A stretch of DNA of 64,000 nucleotides, from positions 1,765,717 through 1,829,716 of the forward strand of contig MU056898.1 in the NCBI GenBank assembly GCA_013239625.1. The letters run 5' to 3'. The DNA is from Lama guanicoe (lineage: Eukaryota). Shown here piece after piece: positions 12,697 through 23,900 of the stretch (within the stretch, counting starts at the first letter, position 1; every line of letters starts with the position of its first letter). The notes below the pieces were generated by a model that was not told the origin of the DNA, did not search any database, and worked only from the letters and a program-made list of their open reading frames with translations. Made by a program: the position numbers and the translations under genes.

Positions 12697-13956
12697 ATTT
12701 GTATTAATAGAAACTGGGACCTGGAGGCAGGTGAAGAAATCCTCCTGGACCTTTGCTTCTGATGGGCTGGTGCCCTGGCCCTTCACGGGCTTGGCCGGAC
12801 CGCGAGGCCGGGAGCTGGCCGTCTGCATCCCCTCCCCAGCGGTGACCCACGGAGTCGACCGGCACCTGGGGAGGGGCTGCTGCCGGCCCCCCATGGGCTC
12901 TGCTGGTCTGAGGAGCCCTGGCGACCCCACTGGGAAGGCATCACCTCTCCTGTGAGGTCGTTAGGGGTCGTGGCCAAGGTGTTGCTGACGCAGACCAGAC
13001 ACTCACCTATTGCTTGAAAGTGCCGCTTTGGGGGAAAAGGGAAGGAAAAGAAAAATGATAAAGCACGAGCGTGGTATCAGTTATTACTTTAAAAAGATTC
13101 CGCAACCTTTGCTTTGCTGGGGTCGATAAGTTGGATTTTATTGGTGGTTTTGTGTTCTTCATCTTTCGTAGGTGATACCGATTTGAACCACACAAATGCT
13201 GCTGTTCTCAGGTTCTCCCTGTAATGTTTAAAGCCTCTGTGTTTTAATTTCTTCGGGGAAACTACGCAGAGGATCTGTTTCACTCTTTAAGCGGGGGCAC
13301 TCTGGAAAGTTTCAGACTTCCTGGCGGAACGCTCACAGGTGGGCAGACCCTCGGCGCACCTGCTCCCTCCCCTGTGCTGGGCAGACACGGGCTCCTCCTC
13401 CCCGTGGGGATGCGTCTGTTGATCCTTGACAAACACTGTTTTCATGATGGTCTGAAAAGATAAGGACCTGGTATAACCCTCACTGCTGACACTTCCCTCA
13501 TGGAAGCTGGCCCTGAACTCACTGTGAAGGTGAACACTGAAGCGCTGGCGGTCATCTTGTTTCAGAGAGCCGCCGCTGTCAGCGCCACCAGGTGCGTGTC
13601 TCTGTGACGGAGTGGTAACTACCTGCCACCCTCCAGGCCGGGCGGGCGTCTAGGCTGGGGCAGTGAGTGGAGTCGGGCCGTCGGGCAGGGCCCAGCGGCC
13701 TCACGCACCCGAAGTGAGACAGGCCCTGCTTGAGCAACCCTGACAGAAAAGCCGGATGGTGTTATTTTGGGCCTGCATTATAAACGGGGCCTTCACACGA
13801 GCCGCCCTCCCTGAAGTCACGCTGAGGGTGCCCGTGTTGGTCCACGTCTGCTCCGCCTGCCGCCACCTTGTGCTGCGCCCCGGCCAGACTGTCCCCACCC
13901 CCACCTCCATCCCGGCACCGACCCAGACGCGAACCCCGAACCTGGGACGTGCTCAC

Positions 13957-14155
13957 CTGTGTCCCTCTGCGCAGACCTTCTCGGCCAGCCTCAGGGGTGT
14001 GCTCCCGGCCGGCGGGGGCCTGAGTTCTGGACCTGGGGTGGAGTGGGGCCCTTCGAGGGATGCCGGAGAAGAGGGCAGAGACTGGTGAGCAGGGCCCTGC
14101 CGGCGCCCTCAGCCCTCAGCCCTCAGCCCTGGGCCATCGGGAGAGGAGAGGAGAG
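13957..14155 (-). other. GPER1: Probable non-coding first exon of GPER1
   Basis: Begins about 25-30 nt downstream of a TATA box and ends at a consensus donor, CAG|GTGAGC (13957/13956). The 5' end is approximate. Confidence 0.55.
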
Positions 14156-14178
14156 GCCAGCCCCCGGTGGCGGCAGCC

Positions 14179-14196
14179 TTTATAGGCACTGGGCGG
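14179..14196 (-). promoter_or_regulatory. GPER1 core promoter: TATA box with adjacent GC box
   Basis: Minus strand ccTATAAAgg (14184-14179), with gggcgg at 14191-14196. Confidence 0.55.
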
Positions 14197-15135
14197 CCTC
14201 CCTGAAGGCCTGCGTTAACCGCTTTTTTGCCGGCTGTTTTTCTCCCGTGCCGTGGCAGGGAGCTCAGCCCACTGAGTGTTTTCCTGGAGGCTCCAGTTTA
14301 ACTGCTGTGCTTCATCCACTGGTAGGAACCTTTTTTTAAGTTTGAAGGGATGGTAAACAGATCTTGTTTTATCTTTTGGATAGTAGCCTATCATCCTTTG
14401 TTGAAACTTAAATATTCTTGCTTGTTTTAGCCGTGGACCACCTTTGAGACTAAACACGGAAAGTCAGAAGTTCAGACAGGAGCTGTGTGAATTATATGTA
14501 GAGAACTTAACCTAGAAATTTCACAAGAACTTTGTAGAAGGAAGTTGAACCCCAGAATTGCAGGCACTTGGGCAGGTGAGTTAGGAGTCGGTGGTTACCC
14601 TGCTCCCCGGCTTGCCTGTCTCAGCTCCCTGGCCCTTTGCTCCTGAAACCACCTGAGTGCCCGGGCTGGCGAGTGCTGACCAAGAGGCCCTGTCCCTGCC
14701 CGGCCGCCGCCCTTCTGCTCTCTGCCTGCCTGTGTGCTGTGCCGTCAGGATAAGCCAGTCCCTTGGTCCCCAGTGCTGACTGACCAAGCACCCCCCCTGC
14801 TGGTGGTTGGAAGTTTACCATCGGCTTGGAGAGGCTGGTGGGCCGGCCCCGCCCCAAGGGCCCAGGTGTCCCAGCCGCGTGCAGTGCGGGGCTGTGAGGC
14901 CAGCGGGCCTGCGGTGCCCCGGCAGCTGCCACAAGACGTGTGGTTTTCCTAAACGTTGCATTTTAATCCACCTCGTATTTTCCTCTTGGTGTCTTTCTAC
15001 CTTTCGGAGTTTTTTGAAGCTGTGAGACTGAGCTCTGAGTGGTCTTTGGATGACGGAACGTGAATGAAGCAGGTTGCTGCTGAGTGAGCTCCACAAGGCC
15101 AGCCGGTGCCCTTCCGGGGGGTGGGGGGTGGCACA

Positions 15136-15352
15136 GAGCTGGGCCACCTGTGCCCCTCCTGGGCTGGGGGGAGCTGGGCTGGCCTGTGCCCCTCCTGGGG
15201 GATTGGGGGGAGCTGGGCTGGCCTGTGCCCCTCCTGGGTTAGGGGGAGCTGAGACACCAGTGCCCCTCCTGGGTGGGGGGGAGCTGGGCTGGCCTGTGCC
15301 CCTCCGGGGGAATTGGGGGGAGCAGGGCTGGCCTGTGCCCCTCCTGGGGGGA
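15136..15352. repeat. Minisatellite, 6 units of 35-39 bp
   Basis: Core gagctgggctggcctgtgcccctcctggg, with units starting at 15136, 15171, 15210, 15246, 15281 and 15320. Confidence 0.92.
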
Positions 15353-18300
15353 GGGGCTGGGGGTGGCAAGAGACCCCACAGCTGCTGGATGCTGGGACAG
15401 GCCGTCAGGCACAGTTCAGTCCCTGGGCCCCTCAGCTCCGCCATGAGCGAGTGCCAGTGGGCTAGGAGGCCTTCTGAGTGCTGGTGATTTGACAGTGCTG
15501 GGTGCGCTTTCTGGGAGACGTACACATGTTTTAACAGAGAATACTGTGTTGAATTTTTTATGGAAAAATATTAATTCTCTTGGTTTTTTCCAGCTGTGAT
15601 TCTACTCTGTTCACTTTTTAAACATTTGAATGACATAAATGAGGCTGATTTGATTTTAGACCTACTTTTGGCCAGCTCCAAAATTCAAGATGATTTGAGC
15701 ATTAAAAATGCTGGAGACACCATTTTGAGAGACATGAGTCATGAGAAAGTACAGCTTCCTCTCTAGTTAAATAAATAAATAGGCAAAACAAAAATTCAGA
15801 CCTGAAATATCCAAGTCCCGTCACTTGAAGAACAGCTGCCCACCCCGGATAGGAGCCCAACCTGTGGCTGTGCCACTGGCCCTGCGTGTCCGCTGGCGAC
15901 TCCCGTGTTCCCTGCTGATTCGCCTTGGGGCCCGTGGTCCTGTGTCTGGAACCCTGGTTTTCGTGCTTGAAGCTCAGAATTGGAGCTGAGCTGGGGCTGC
16001 GAGCTCATGGGGCCCCCCTTTTTCCCAGAGCACCAGATGGTTGAGGAGATCGACCCCATGTGGCTGCTTGGTGTGAGGGCCGGGACCCCGATTTGGGGGC
16101 TTGTCCACTGAACCCTGGTTGGTGCTGCAGGGAGAGGGGTGAGAGGACTCTTGGAGGTTTGGGTAGAGCATGAAGACCTCCTAGCAAGTGCTCACCCCGA
16201 GCTGGGCACTGTGGTGGGTGTGTGATGTCCACCACCTCGGGGATCCTCGGGAAGCTCCCAAGAGCTAGAGGCTGCTGCTGTTCCCACTTAGCCAGGAAAA
16301 CGGAGCCCAGAGAAATGGCTTAACCAGGACCTCAGAGCTGGGACTTGGCCCACCTGCCCAGACTCTGAGCCGGAGGTCTCATCTCCACACCAGCACTTGC
16401 CACGTCGGCCCAACCATCCCGAGTAGGCACCTCCATGGAGCGCGGTGCCTGGGTTCCTCACAGGGAACCCTAGATGATCAGCCTCCACGTGTTTAAATTT
16501 GCAAACGCAGCCCAGCCCCTCCCCGAGTACGGCTGAGGCTCCGGGCCTGTGTTGTGCCCTCCCCTCCAGGAGTGGGAATCCCCCCGTGGGTCACAGTGCA
16601 GTGGGGACGCTCAGAACTGACGCCATGTGGCCCTGGGCCTCATCCCCTCTTCCTGCGCCCCTGTGTTCATCATGACGCGGGTGATGTGAGCAGAGTGAAG
16701 CACAGCTGTCAGATCTTCCTCAGTCCCGTGCTGCCCATCAGCTGTGAGCAGAGTCGGTCCCAGGAGCTGCTTCTCTGTCTTCCCTGGGCACTCGTGTCAG
16801 TCCAGTGTGCGAGGAGCATTGGCGAGATTTGGTTTACTTGTGAGGCTCCAGCTGTGGGAGCCAGGAGCCTGCGCAGCTGCATGGCAGGGGCAGGGCCGGC
16901 GCCCTCAGAGAAGCTGCTTCTGCAGCGGTGACCCCTCACGCACGGTGTCTGTGCCTTCTCTCCGATGTCCAGAGTCGGGGGAGCAGGGTGCACCCTCCTG
17001 TGCCTGGAGGAGGGTGCTGTTTCCGTGTGAGGCTGACCAAGTGCCCCGGCGGTCCTGGGCCAGAGCTCTGGCCCCTTGCGCATGCCCTGGCCGAGGGCTG
17101 TGCTCCATCGGGGCCTTTTGCCAGGGGGTGTCTGCGTGCGGGGCCTGGCAGCCCTGTAGGGGGAGGGCGGCTCCTGGAGTGTCCCTCACTGAGCTTGTCT
17201 GGACGCCACCTGGGCCTGTGCTGTGGGCTCCGTCCCGGTCCTGTGCGTGTGCAGGCGTGGGCACAGCCTGTGGGTCCTGGGCGGGTTCGGTGCCCCAGGT
17301 CTCCCGCCTGCAGCTTCGCTGGTGTTGACGTTCGGCAGCTGGGCCCTCTTGGCTGTTGCCGGGTTCCTCAAACCCTCCGAGCAGGATGTGCCGGCGGCCA
17401 CCAGAACACGGGGCTGCCTGGGGGGGCTGCCCAGCACTGGGGGTTTATGGGTGGAATGTTCCAGGATGCCAGCAGTCTTTGTCCCAGCCCCACCTTGGTG
17501 GCCCCCAACGGTGTCCTTGGGGAAAGGTGAGGGGCCCTGGGAAGTGGCTTCACCCGACCGGGTCAGTTCTGATCTGTCTTTAGGCCCGGGGGTCATGCAG
17601 GCTTCCTCCTGGAGTGCACGCCCTCCTGCTGCCAGGAAGCCTGCATGTTCCCATGGCTCCCTGAGGTCCCGTGGTCACGGATGCCTGGGGGAGTGGACCA
17701 GGCCAGTGGGCCGGGGGGTGGGGTCTGGGTGCCCCCTCTACCTCTCTGTGGTCTGTCTCTTCACCCTCCCCTCCAGCCAGAGCAGCCCATTTTCTTTGTT
17801 TATTGTTTTTTGTTGAAGTATTGTTGCCTTAAGAGCAGCCCTGTTTCCCTCTGGGCTTGCTTGAAGTGAGGCTCCCGCTGCTGAAAGGAGGTGTGAGACC
17901 CACCCACCTACCTTCCTGGGGCATTCCCCTTGCAAGGGGGCGGGGTGGGGGCGGGCACGAGAGGGCTTTCTGGGAGGCTGCGGGCAGTCCTGGAGGGAGG
18001 CAGCCATGCTGACAAGGAGCTCCCAGACCTCGGTCTGGGTGGCCGCCCCTGGAACCTCAGGCCAGTCCTGTGCCTACAGAGCACAGGTGTCCCCCCGCTG
18101 AGCTGGGGGCGGCTCTGAGGAGCCCACGGTGGGCTGGGCACTGCCCTCACCCATCCTCACGGAACTCACCGTGACAGGTGGGCCCCGGACAGGACCTGAG
18201 TGTTACAGCAACCCCAGACCCCGGCTGACAAGGCTCAAACACAGCTCTGCAAAGAATGCCGCCGGCCTGCTCATCGAAACCCACGCACCCGAGCCAACTT

Positions 18301-18653
18301 CAGTGCTCCTTAAAGTTCTCAGCAAGAAACTCAGGGCCTGCGTCTAGCCGTCAGTGACTGTCCGTGAAGAAGCGGCCTTCCCACGCGGCCCCGGGCTTGG
18401 CCCAGGTGGGCGGGGACACGCCAGGCCCTCCTCTGGGCGTGCTGCACAGAGGCCACAGGAAGGTTTTATGAACGTGCGAGTAAACGAAGAAGTCGTAGAA
18501 GGGGGTTCTCTGTAAAAAGCATTGAGTGTTTTAATGGCGTATTACAGAAGCCGCCTGACTGTTAAGGTCCAAATCGCTTTCCTTCCAAATAAGGAATGCG
18601 AATACATCAGTACTGAGAAGTACTCAGTACTGAGAACACTCAAAAGCTGTGTT

Positions 18654-18659
18654 TTTATT
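18654..18659 (-). terminator. Candidate polyadenylation signal of the orphan 7TM gene
   Basis: AATAAA on the - strand in an AT-rich patch ~1.25 kb past the stop codon; another candidate lies at 17799-17804. Confidence 0.35.
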
Positions 18660-19914
18660 CTTTGGGTTGCAGATTAACATTAAAATATTCACTACAATAG
18701 AAGCTATCGCAACAACGGAGTATCGCTCAGCGTTAGAGAGAAGCGAGCTTCCAAGCTGCACCTTAGTGTGTGGCCTCAGCCCGCCTGACCAGGCTCCGCT
18801 CTGTGATTCTAGTACGTGGCCTGGAGACGGCAGACCTGTGGAGACAGCGAGAGGCTCGGCGGGCGCCGGGGAGGGTCAGGGTCAAGCTGCAGGCGGAGGG
18901 CTGGGGGTTTTAGGGCAGCGAAACTCTCCCATTTGATTGGACAGTGAAGGACGCACGCCGTTGTACCTCTGTCCAAACCACAGGATGGGCGGCACCCAGG
19001 GTGGACCCTGATCTACCCGAGGCCTTGGGCGACGGTGACGTGTCCACGTACTCATGGGCTGTCGCACCCCCTTGAGAGGGTGGCTGTGCATGTTTCGGGG
19101 CAGGAGGCAAACAGGCAATTTCCTAATTTTGCTGCGTCTGAAAAATGCTCTAAAAAAGTAAGGTCCTAGCTTCTTTTTTTTTTTTTTAACTATTAAAGGT
19201 GTAGGTCTTATGCAGCCAGAGAGATGCCATTCTTTGCATGTCTCTGTGCTCTAGTCAACCAAGAGAATCTTAACATAAAGCCAGCGACAACAATGGAATG
19301 AGACTGATCACCATGCTCTGCATCCTGATGTTTCACTTTCTGCAGATAACATCAAACAGAACAGCTGAGACTTTGGAAACCACTTTCACTGATCACCCCG
19401 GGACGGCCACCTCCTGTCCACCAGGTCATGGGGACCAGACCGCAGACCTCCAGGGGTGGTACATTTGAGGACAAAACAAGCCTTTGGAGACGTCTGCACT
19501 GCCCCCACTTGCTGGCGGTGCTGGAAGTTAACCAGCCTGGCCATTCAGGGCCAGAGTATAGTGTGGCCATCAAGTTACCTAAATAACGTCTCTATTTTCA
19601 GGGTTCCCTCTTTGCCCTTCGCTGGCGCGGGGGAGAGGTGCCGGCTTGCAGACGAGGTAGAACCTCCCGCCTGGGTCAGGTGTGTTGCCAGCACCTGCCC
19701 CCTCCAGACTCATTCCATCAGGTGTGAGTGTTGGTTTGGGCTGAGCTGTCTCGCTTTTGCAGAAACTGAGTTGCCCATCAAGCTGATTTCTAAGTGCCTC
19801 CTAGACAGACCGTCATCCCTGCTGACTCTGAGCAAGTCGCTCTGAGTCTTGGCAGAGCCAGGAAGAGGCCCTCACTGGCCTGTGTGGCTTGTGTTGGGAG
19901 GTAGGGGCTCCGAC

Positions 19915-20904
19915 TTAACTCCCCACTCTATTCAGGGAGAAGTTGTTGCTGGCCTCTCTCCTCCGGCACCTTTGGGTGAGCCGCTCCGGGAGGCTCAGCA
20001 GGGCCTGCCTGCATGGCCGGTGGAGGAGGAGGGTGGCCAGGGCAATTGCACAGCTCTCCCCAAACAGGGCCAGCTCCGCCAGGTTCATGAGCAGCTCGTC
20101 CCGGGGGGCACCGATGTCCCTCCGCAGCTTCAGCCGGGCCCGCTGGACAAGCGCGGTGTTGTAGAGGAGGCGGCAGGCGAATGAGGCCAGGGTGATGGCC
20201 AGAACCACCCAGCAGTGAGCTGAGCCCGCGTCCCCCTGGGGCAGAGCCGCCCAGCCAGCCCGCTGGATGCCAAGCAGGGTGAGGAGCACAAGCTTCAGGA
20301 CGAGGGCCAGCCCGAGGCCCAGGCTGACCTTCACGATCTCGTACTCGGGCCAGGCGGTCAGTGGGTCCACCTGGCACAGAGTGGGTTCGTAAAGCTCCCC
20401 GGACGTGCCCAGGAGGGCCACCACTCCCAGGGAGCTGCAGATGGCACAGCCCCCAACGGCGGCCAGGCTGGCTGCGGGCCTCTGGGCCCCTTGGGGGGCC
20501 GCGCGCAGGCAGGACGGGCACTGCAGCAGGAACGCGGAGAGCATGGCCACCTGCACGTACTGCGCGTTGAAGTAGCAGATGTTGAACACGAGGGACAGAA
20601 CGGCACAGCCCAGGTGGGTCGTGGCCAGGTAGTCTGGCCGGCCAATCGCTGTGAGCGAGAGCAGTGTCACCAGCAGACCAGTGGCAGTGAGGTCCGCCAG
20701 GCAGGCATCCAGGCCCTGCAGCCTGGCGCGGCCTCGGACAAAGGTGGTCAAGTTGAAGAGCCCGGCCGCCAGGCTCAGCGGTAGGAACAGTGCCGTGTAG
20801 ACAAGCGTGCACCTGGACACGAGGCTCTGCGCGGCTATGACCTCTTCCACAGCCGTGGAGACGCGGCTTGGATACCGGATCCAGGACATGTTGTGGGTGC
20901 TCAT
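19915..20904 (-). CDS. Divergent orphan class A (rhodopsin-like) 7TM receptor, 329 aa, related to GPER1/GPR146
   Basis: Intact ATG-to-TAA ORF with seven hydrophobic segments that align by eye to the neighbouring GPER1 and GPR146. It has an N-terminal sequon (N5-M-S), Cys100 at the top of TM3 and Cys177 in ECL2. A splice acceptor (gctgcttctgttccAG|) lies 16 nt before the ATG, which has a purine at -3. Confidence 0.85.
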   Translation of the reverse strand: MSTHNMSWIRYPSRVSTAVEEVIAAQSLVSRCTLVYTALFLPLSLAAGLFNLTTFVRGRARLQGLDACLADLTATGLLVTLLSLTAIGRPDYLATTHLGCAVLSLVFNICYFNAQYVQVAMLSAFLLQCPSCLRAAPQGAQRPAASLAAVGGCAICSSLGVVALLGTSGELYEPTLCQVDPLTAWPEYEIVKVSLGLGLALVLKLVLLTLLGIQRAGWAALPQGDAGSAHCWVVLAITLASFACRLLYNTALVQRARLKLRRDIGAPRDELLMNLAELALFGESCAIALATLLLHRPCRQALLSLPERLTQRCRRREASNNFSLNRVGS

Positions 20905-23900
20905 CTCGGCCGGGTCCCACCTGGAACAGAAGCAGCGGGGGACGTGGGCCTAGCGTCAGGCTGCCCCCTGGGTTCGGGACAGTCTGGGACCTCGTTAAAG
21001 ATATTTCTGGGTCTTGCCCCCTTTCCCGCGGAGGGTGAGGGCATGGGGCGTGGTATTAACAGCCATCTTCCCTGCGGGGTGGATCCTGGGGAGACTCCTC
21101 ACCCCACCCCTCTAGCACCCCCTCCCCTCATTGCTGACAAACCGCTTTCCCCGTCCCGCCCCTAGAGCAGATGTGTGCCGGGCCCCTGTCTCCCAAACAG
21201 GGTTCCGTGGGGGGTGTCCAGGCAGGAGGGCTAGGGCTTCCGTTTTGAGCCCATTGTCCTGCTTTCCACACCCAGGCCCCTGCCCTCCAGGGGAGCGGCT
21301 AGTGCCCGCACTGCAGGTGTCACCAGCTCTGGCCCACTTGTGGGGACTCTGCTCAGAGCTGGAGTCCAGGAGCGAGGGCTCAGCCCTCCTGGCCTGGCCT
21401 TGCCACGGGAAAAACCTCGTTTCTGTGTACATGTCGCCCCCTCCTTAGATTTCAGCCAAACAGCAGGCGAGGCTGGCAGACCACACTGCTGTTTGTTCAA
21501 AGCCATTGCGAGCAGGAAAAACTGGGGACGGACCCAATGAAACGCTGAAAGGCGGGCGTGGCTCCCCCTGCTGGGGACGGGCCCCCAGCCTACGGCGGGT
21601 GTGCCAAGGCTCGTCCTCACTCTGCGCCAGGCCGGCTCCATTGCATGGTGACCACGGGCAGTGGGCGGGGGTCTGTGCAGACGTGGGTCCACCGTGGCTC
21701 CTCTGGCTGGCTGTCTCAGCACACGTGTGTGTGGCAGGCTCGTGTGCCACATGAACACTGACTAACCTGTGTCTGCCGCGACATGGCTGCTTGCTTGCTT
21801 TCCTGGAGAGCCGTGCCCGTGTGCACCCTGCTCTCGTCCCGCCAGCCTGTGGGGGTGGCGGGGCCCGTGTGCTGCAGGGGGTCATGACGTCTTCCACCTG
21901 CCAGGGCTCAGGGGTCAGTGACTCCCTGAGTGACGTCACACCTAGGACTGGTGGCCAGACCGAGAGGAAGTGACTTGGAGTGTTTCCTTGATGAAGGCAA
22001 ATTGGAAAGAAGATGCTGTGAACCACTGACCCTGGTGCAGGAAACAGCCTCAGGCTGGCCAGCATTTCAGGCCTTCTGGAGCAAACGCCCTTGTCCTTGC
22101 TGGTGGCATTTGGGGCATTCTTTATCAGGGGCCACCCAGTTGTGGGTGTGACCTAATGTGCTGGCGGGCCCCGCGTCCCATGTCGCCCAGCCAGGCGGAG
22201 GGAGGGCGCGAGTCCAAGCTGGGCCCGGAGTGCGTCCCGGACTCTGCCGACCGGAAGCCCTCGCCTGCTCCTCGCCGAGTTGAGTGCTTCTCTCCAGGCC
22301 AGGCCTGCCTTGGGGCGAAAGGGGCTCCAGCTTCACGGGGTCATCCTCCCCCACGGTGTGAGCTGTCCGGTGGGAGACCGTGGACTTGGGGGTCCTCAGA
22401 GGAGAGAGCAGACGGGCTCCCAGGAGTTGGGGCCATGGTGGACAAACTGTCTCCACGCGTGGGGTGTCCCCACGTGCACAGGTCGGAGCACCTTCTGTGT
22501 GAAGGTTTGCTCAGACCTTGGTTTTCCGCACGAAGCAGGTACACGTGTGAAACCACTTTCCAGCTGAGGTGAGAGTCATGGAGCGATGTCCAGGCCAGTG
22601 TCCAGACCTGCTCCTAGACCATGGGGGCCGTGGGCCTGGACATCCAGCCCCACAAGCCCCCCTGCACGCAGGGCACCCCAGAACCCCGGTGCCTGTCCTG
22701 GTGGTCCCTTTCCACCCCTGCGGACGTCCAGGGCGTGTGAGCCACCTGTTCTTGGCACCTGCTGTGATGCTGCCCTGGCAGAGGGCTGGCCCCTCACCTC
22801 TGAGCAGGACTTGCTGTGTGGACGGCCACTCCGTTTGAGTAACGTTGGGGTTTTGACTCTATGAATAAAGCTGCTTTTTAGAATTTGAATGTAGTTTTCA
22901 CTTGAGCACTTTCTTTTCTTGGGTGAGCACGCAGAGCAGGTCTGCCAGTTCTCAGGGTAAGTGTTTAACTTCACATGAAACTGCTTGCATTTTCCCGCAC
23001 GGCCGTCTGTCCTGCCTTCCAGCCGGGAGCTCTGATGCCTGCGCTGCTCCAGCAGAAACGGCGGTTCTTACCTGAGGCTCAGGGTTTCCTGGGAGGACAG
23101 GCCTCCATCTTGTTCTGGTGCCAGTTTCAGGCCAAGGACCAGGGCTTCTGGGGCCCTTCCTCAACTACACAAAAGGGCTGCCAAGGTCCAGCCTCCCAGG
23201 GGACTCCCAGGGCCAGAGCCTCGAGAACATTGTGTTCTCTGCTGCAGCTCCTTAAATAGTTTTCAGAGTGGCTCTAGGAAGCGGGTTCTGCCTCACCGGA
23301 GTTAGAAGGGCCGGTCCCCGTGGCCCCAGGGGTCCACAGTGGGTGTGGGTGGTCCTTGCAGCCCCTCCCAGCCCCGGCGTCCAGACCTGGCTGCGTCCCG
23401 CCGTCTCGTGGCCGCCCTCCCCTGCACTCGGTGCTCTCTGGTCAGACCTGTATTGTTGTGAGCGAGCTCCAGGTCCAGCGGGGCCACTCGCTCCATTTCG
23501 CATTTCCCCGCTTCCACACGGATGCGTCATTGCCATAATTACCGTAGTGCCACTGACACCCCCCGCCCGCCCCGCACCCTGCACGTTTAACAGCACGTGT
23601 ACACTGTCTTGATGGGGGTGCGGGCAGGCCATGCTGCCCTCCTGTGCCAGCCAGGGGACCGTGTCTGACAGCGGCGTCCTAGAGTGTGTGCTTCAGGTTG
23701 TGGTCTCGCCTGAGGGGCCCAGCCTTGGCCACTGTGGTCAGTGCCTCCCGGCAGGGCCGCCACATGTTCCCTGGCCCTCCCAGCACCACCTCGAGTCCCG
23801 TCTGGCTCTGCTGCTGGGAACTCCTCCGCCCTGCGGTCACCACTCGGGCCTCTCCCGAGCTGACGGGGCAGCCGACGGGAGGCCCCAGGCCTTAAATCAA

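Noticed and set aside
15136-15352. CRISPR-like regular repeat spacing
   Set aside because: Mammalian DNA, and the units are contiguous with no unique spacers.
14815-15525. ORFs with repeated GGAQASPAPP / GGAGLACAPP peptides
   Set aside because: Translations of the minisatellite.
19928-20920. 330-aa overlapping ORF in an alternative frame of the orphan GPCR
   Set aside because: It starts at GTG and is Pro/Gly/Arg-rich. Its first codon position is the GC-rich third position of the real frame, so stop codons are expected to be rare; a shadow ORF.
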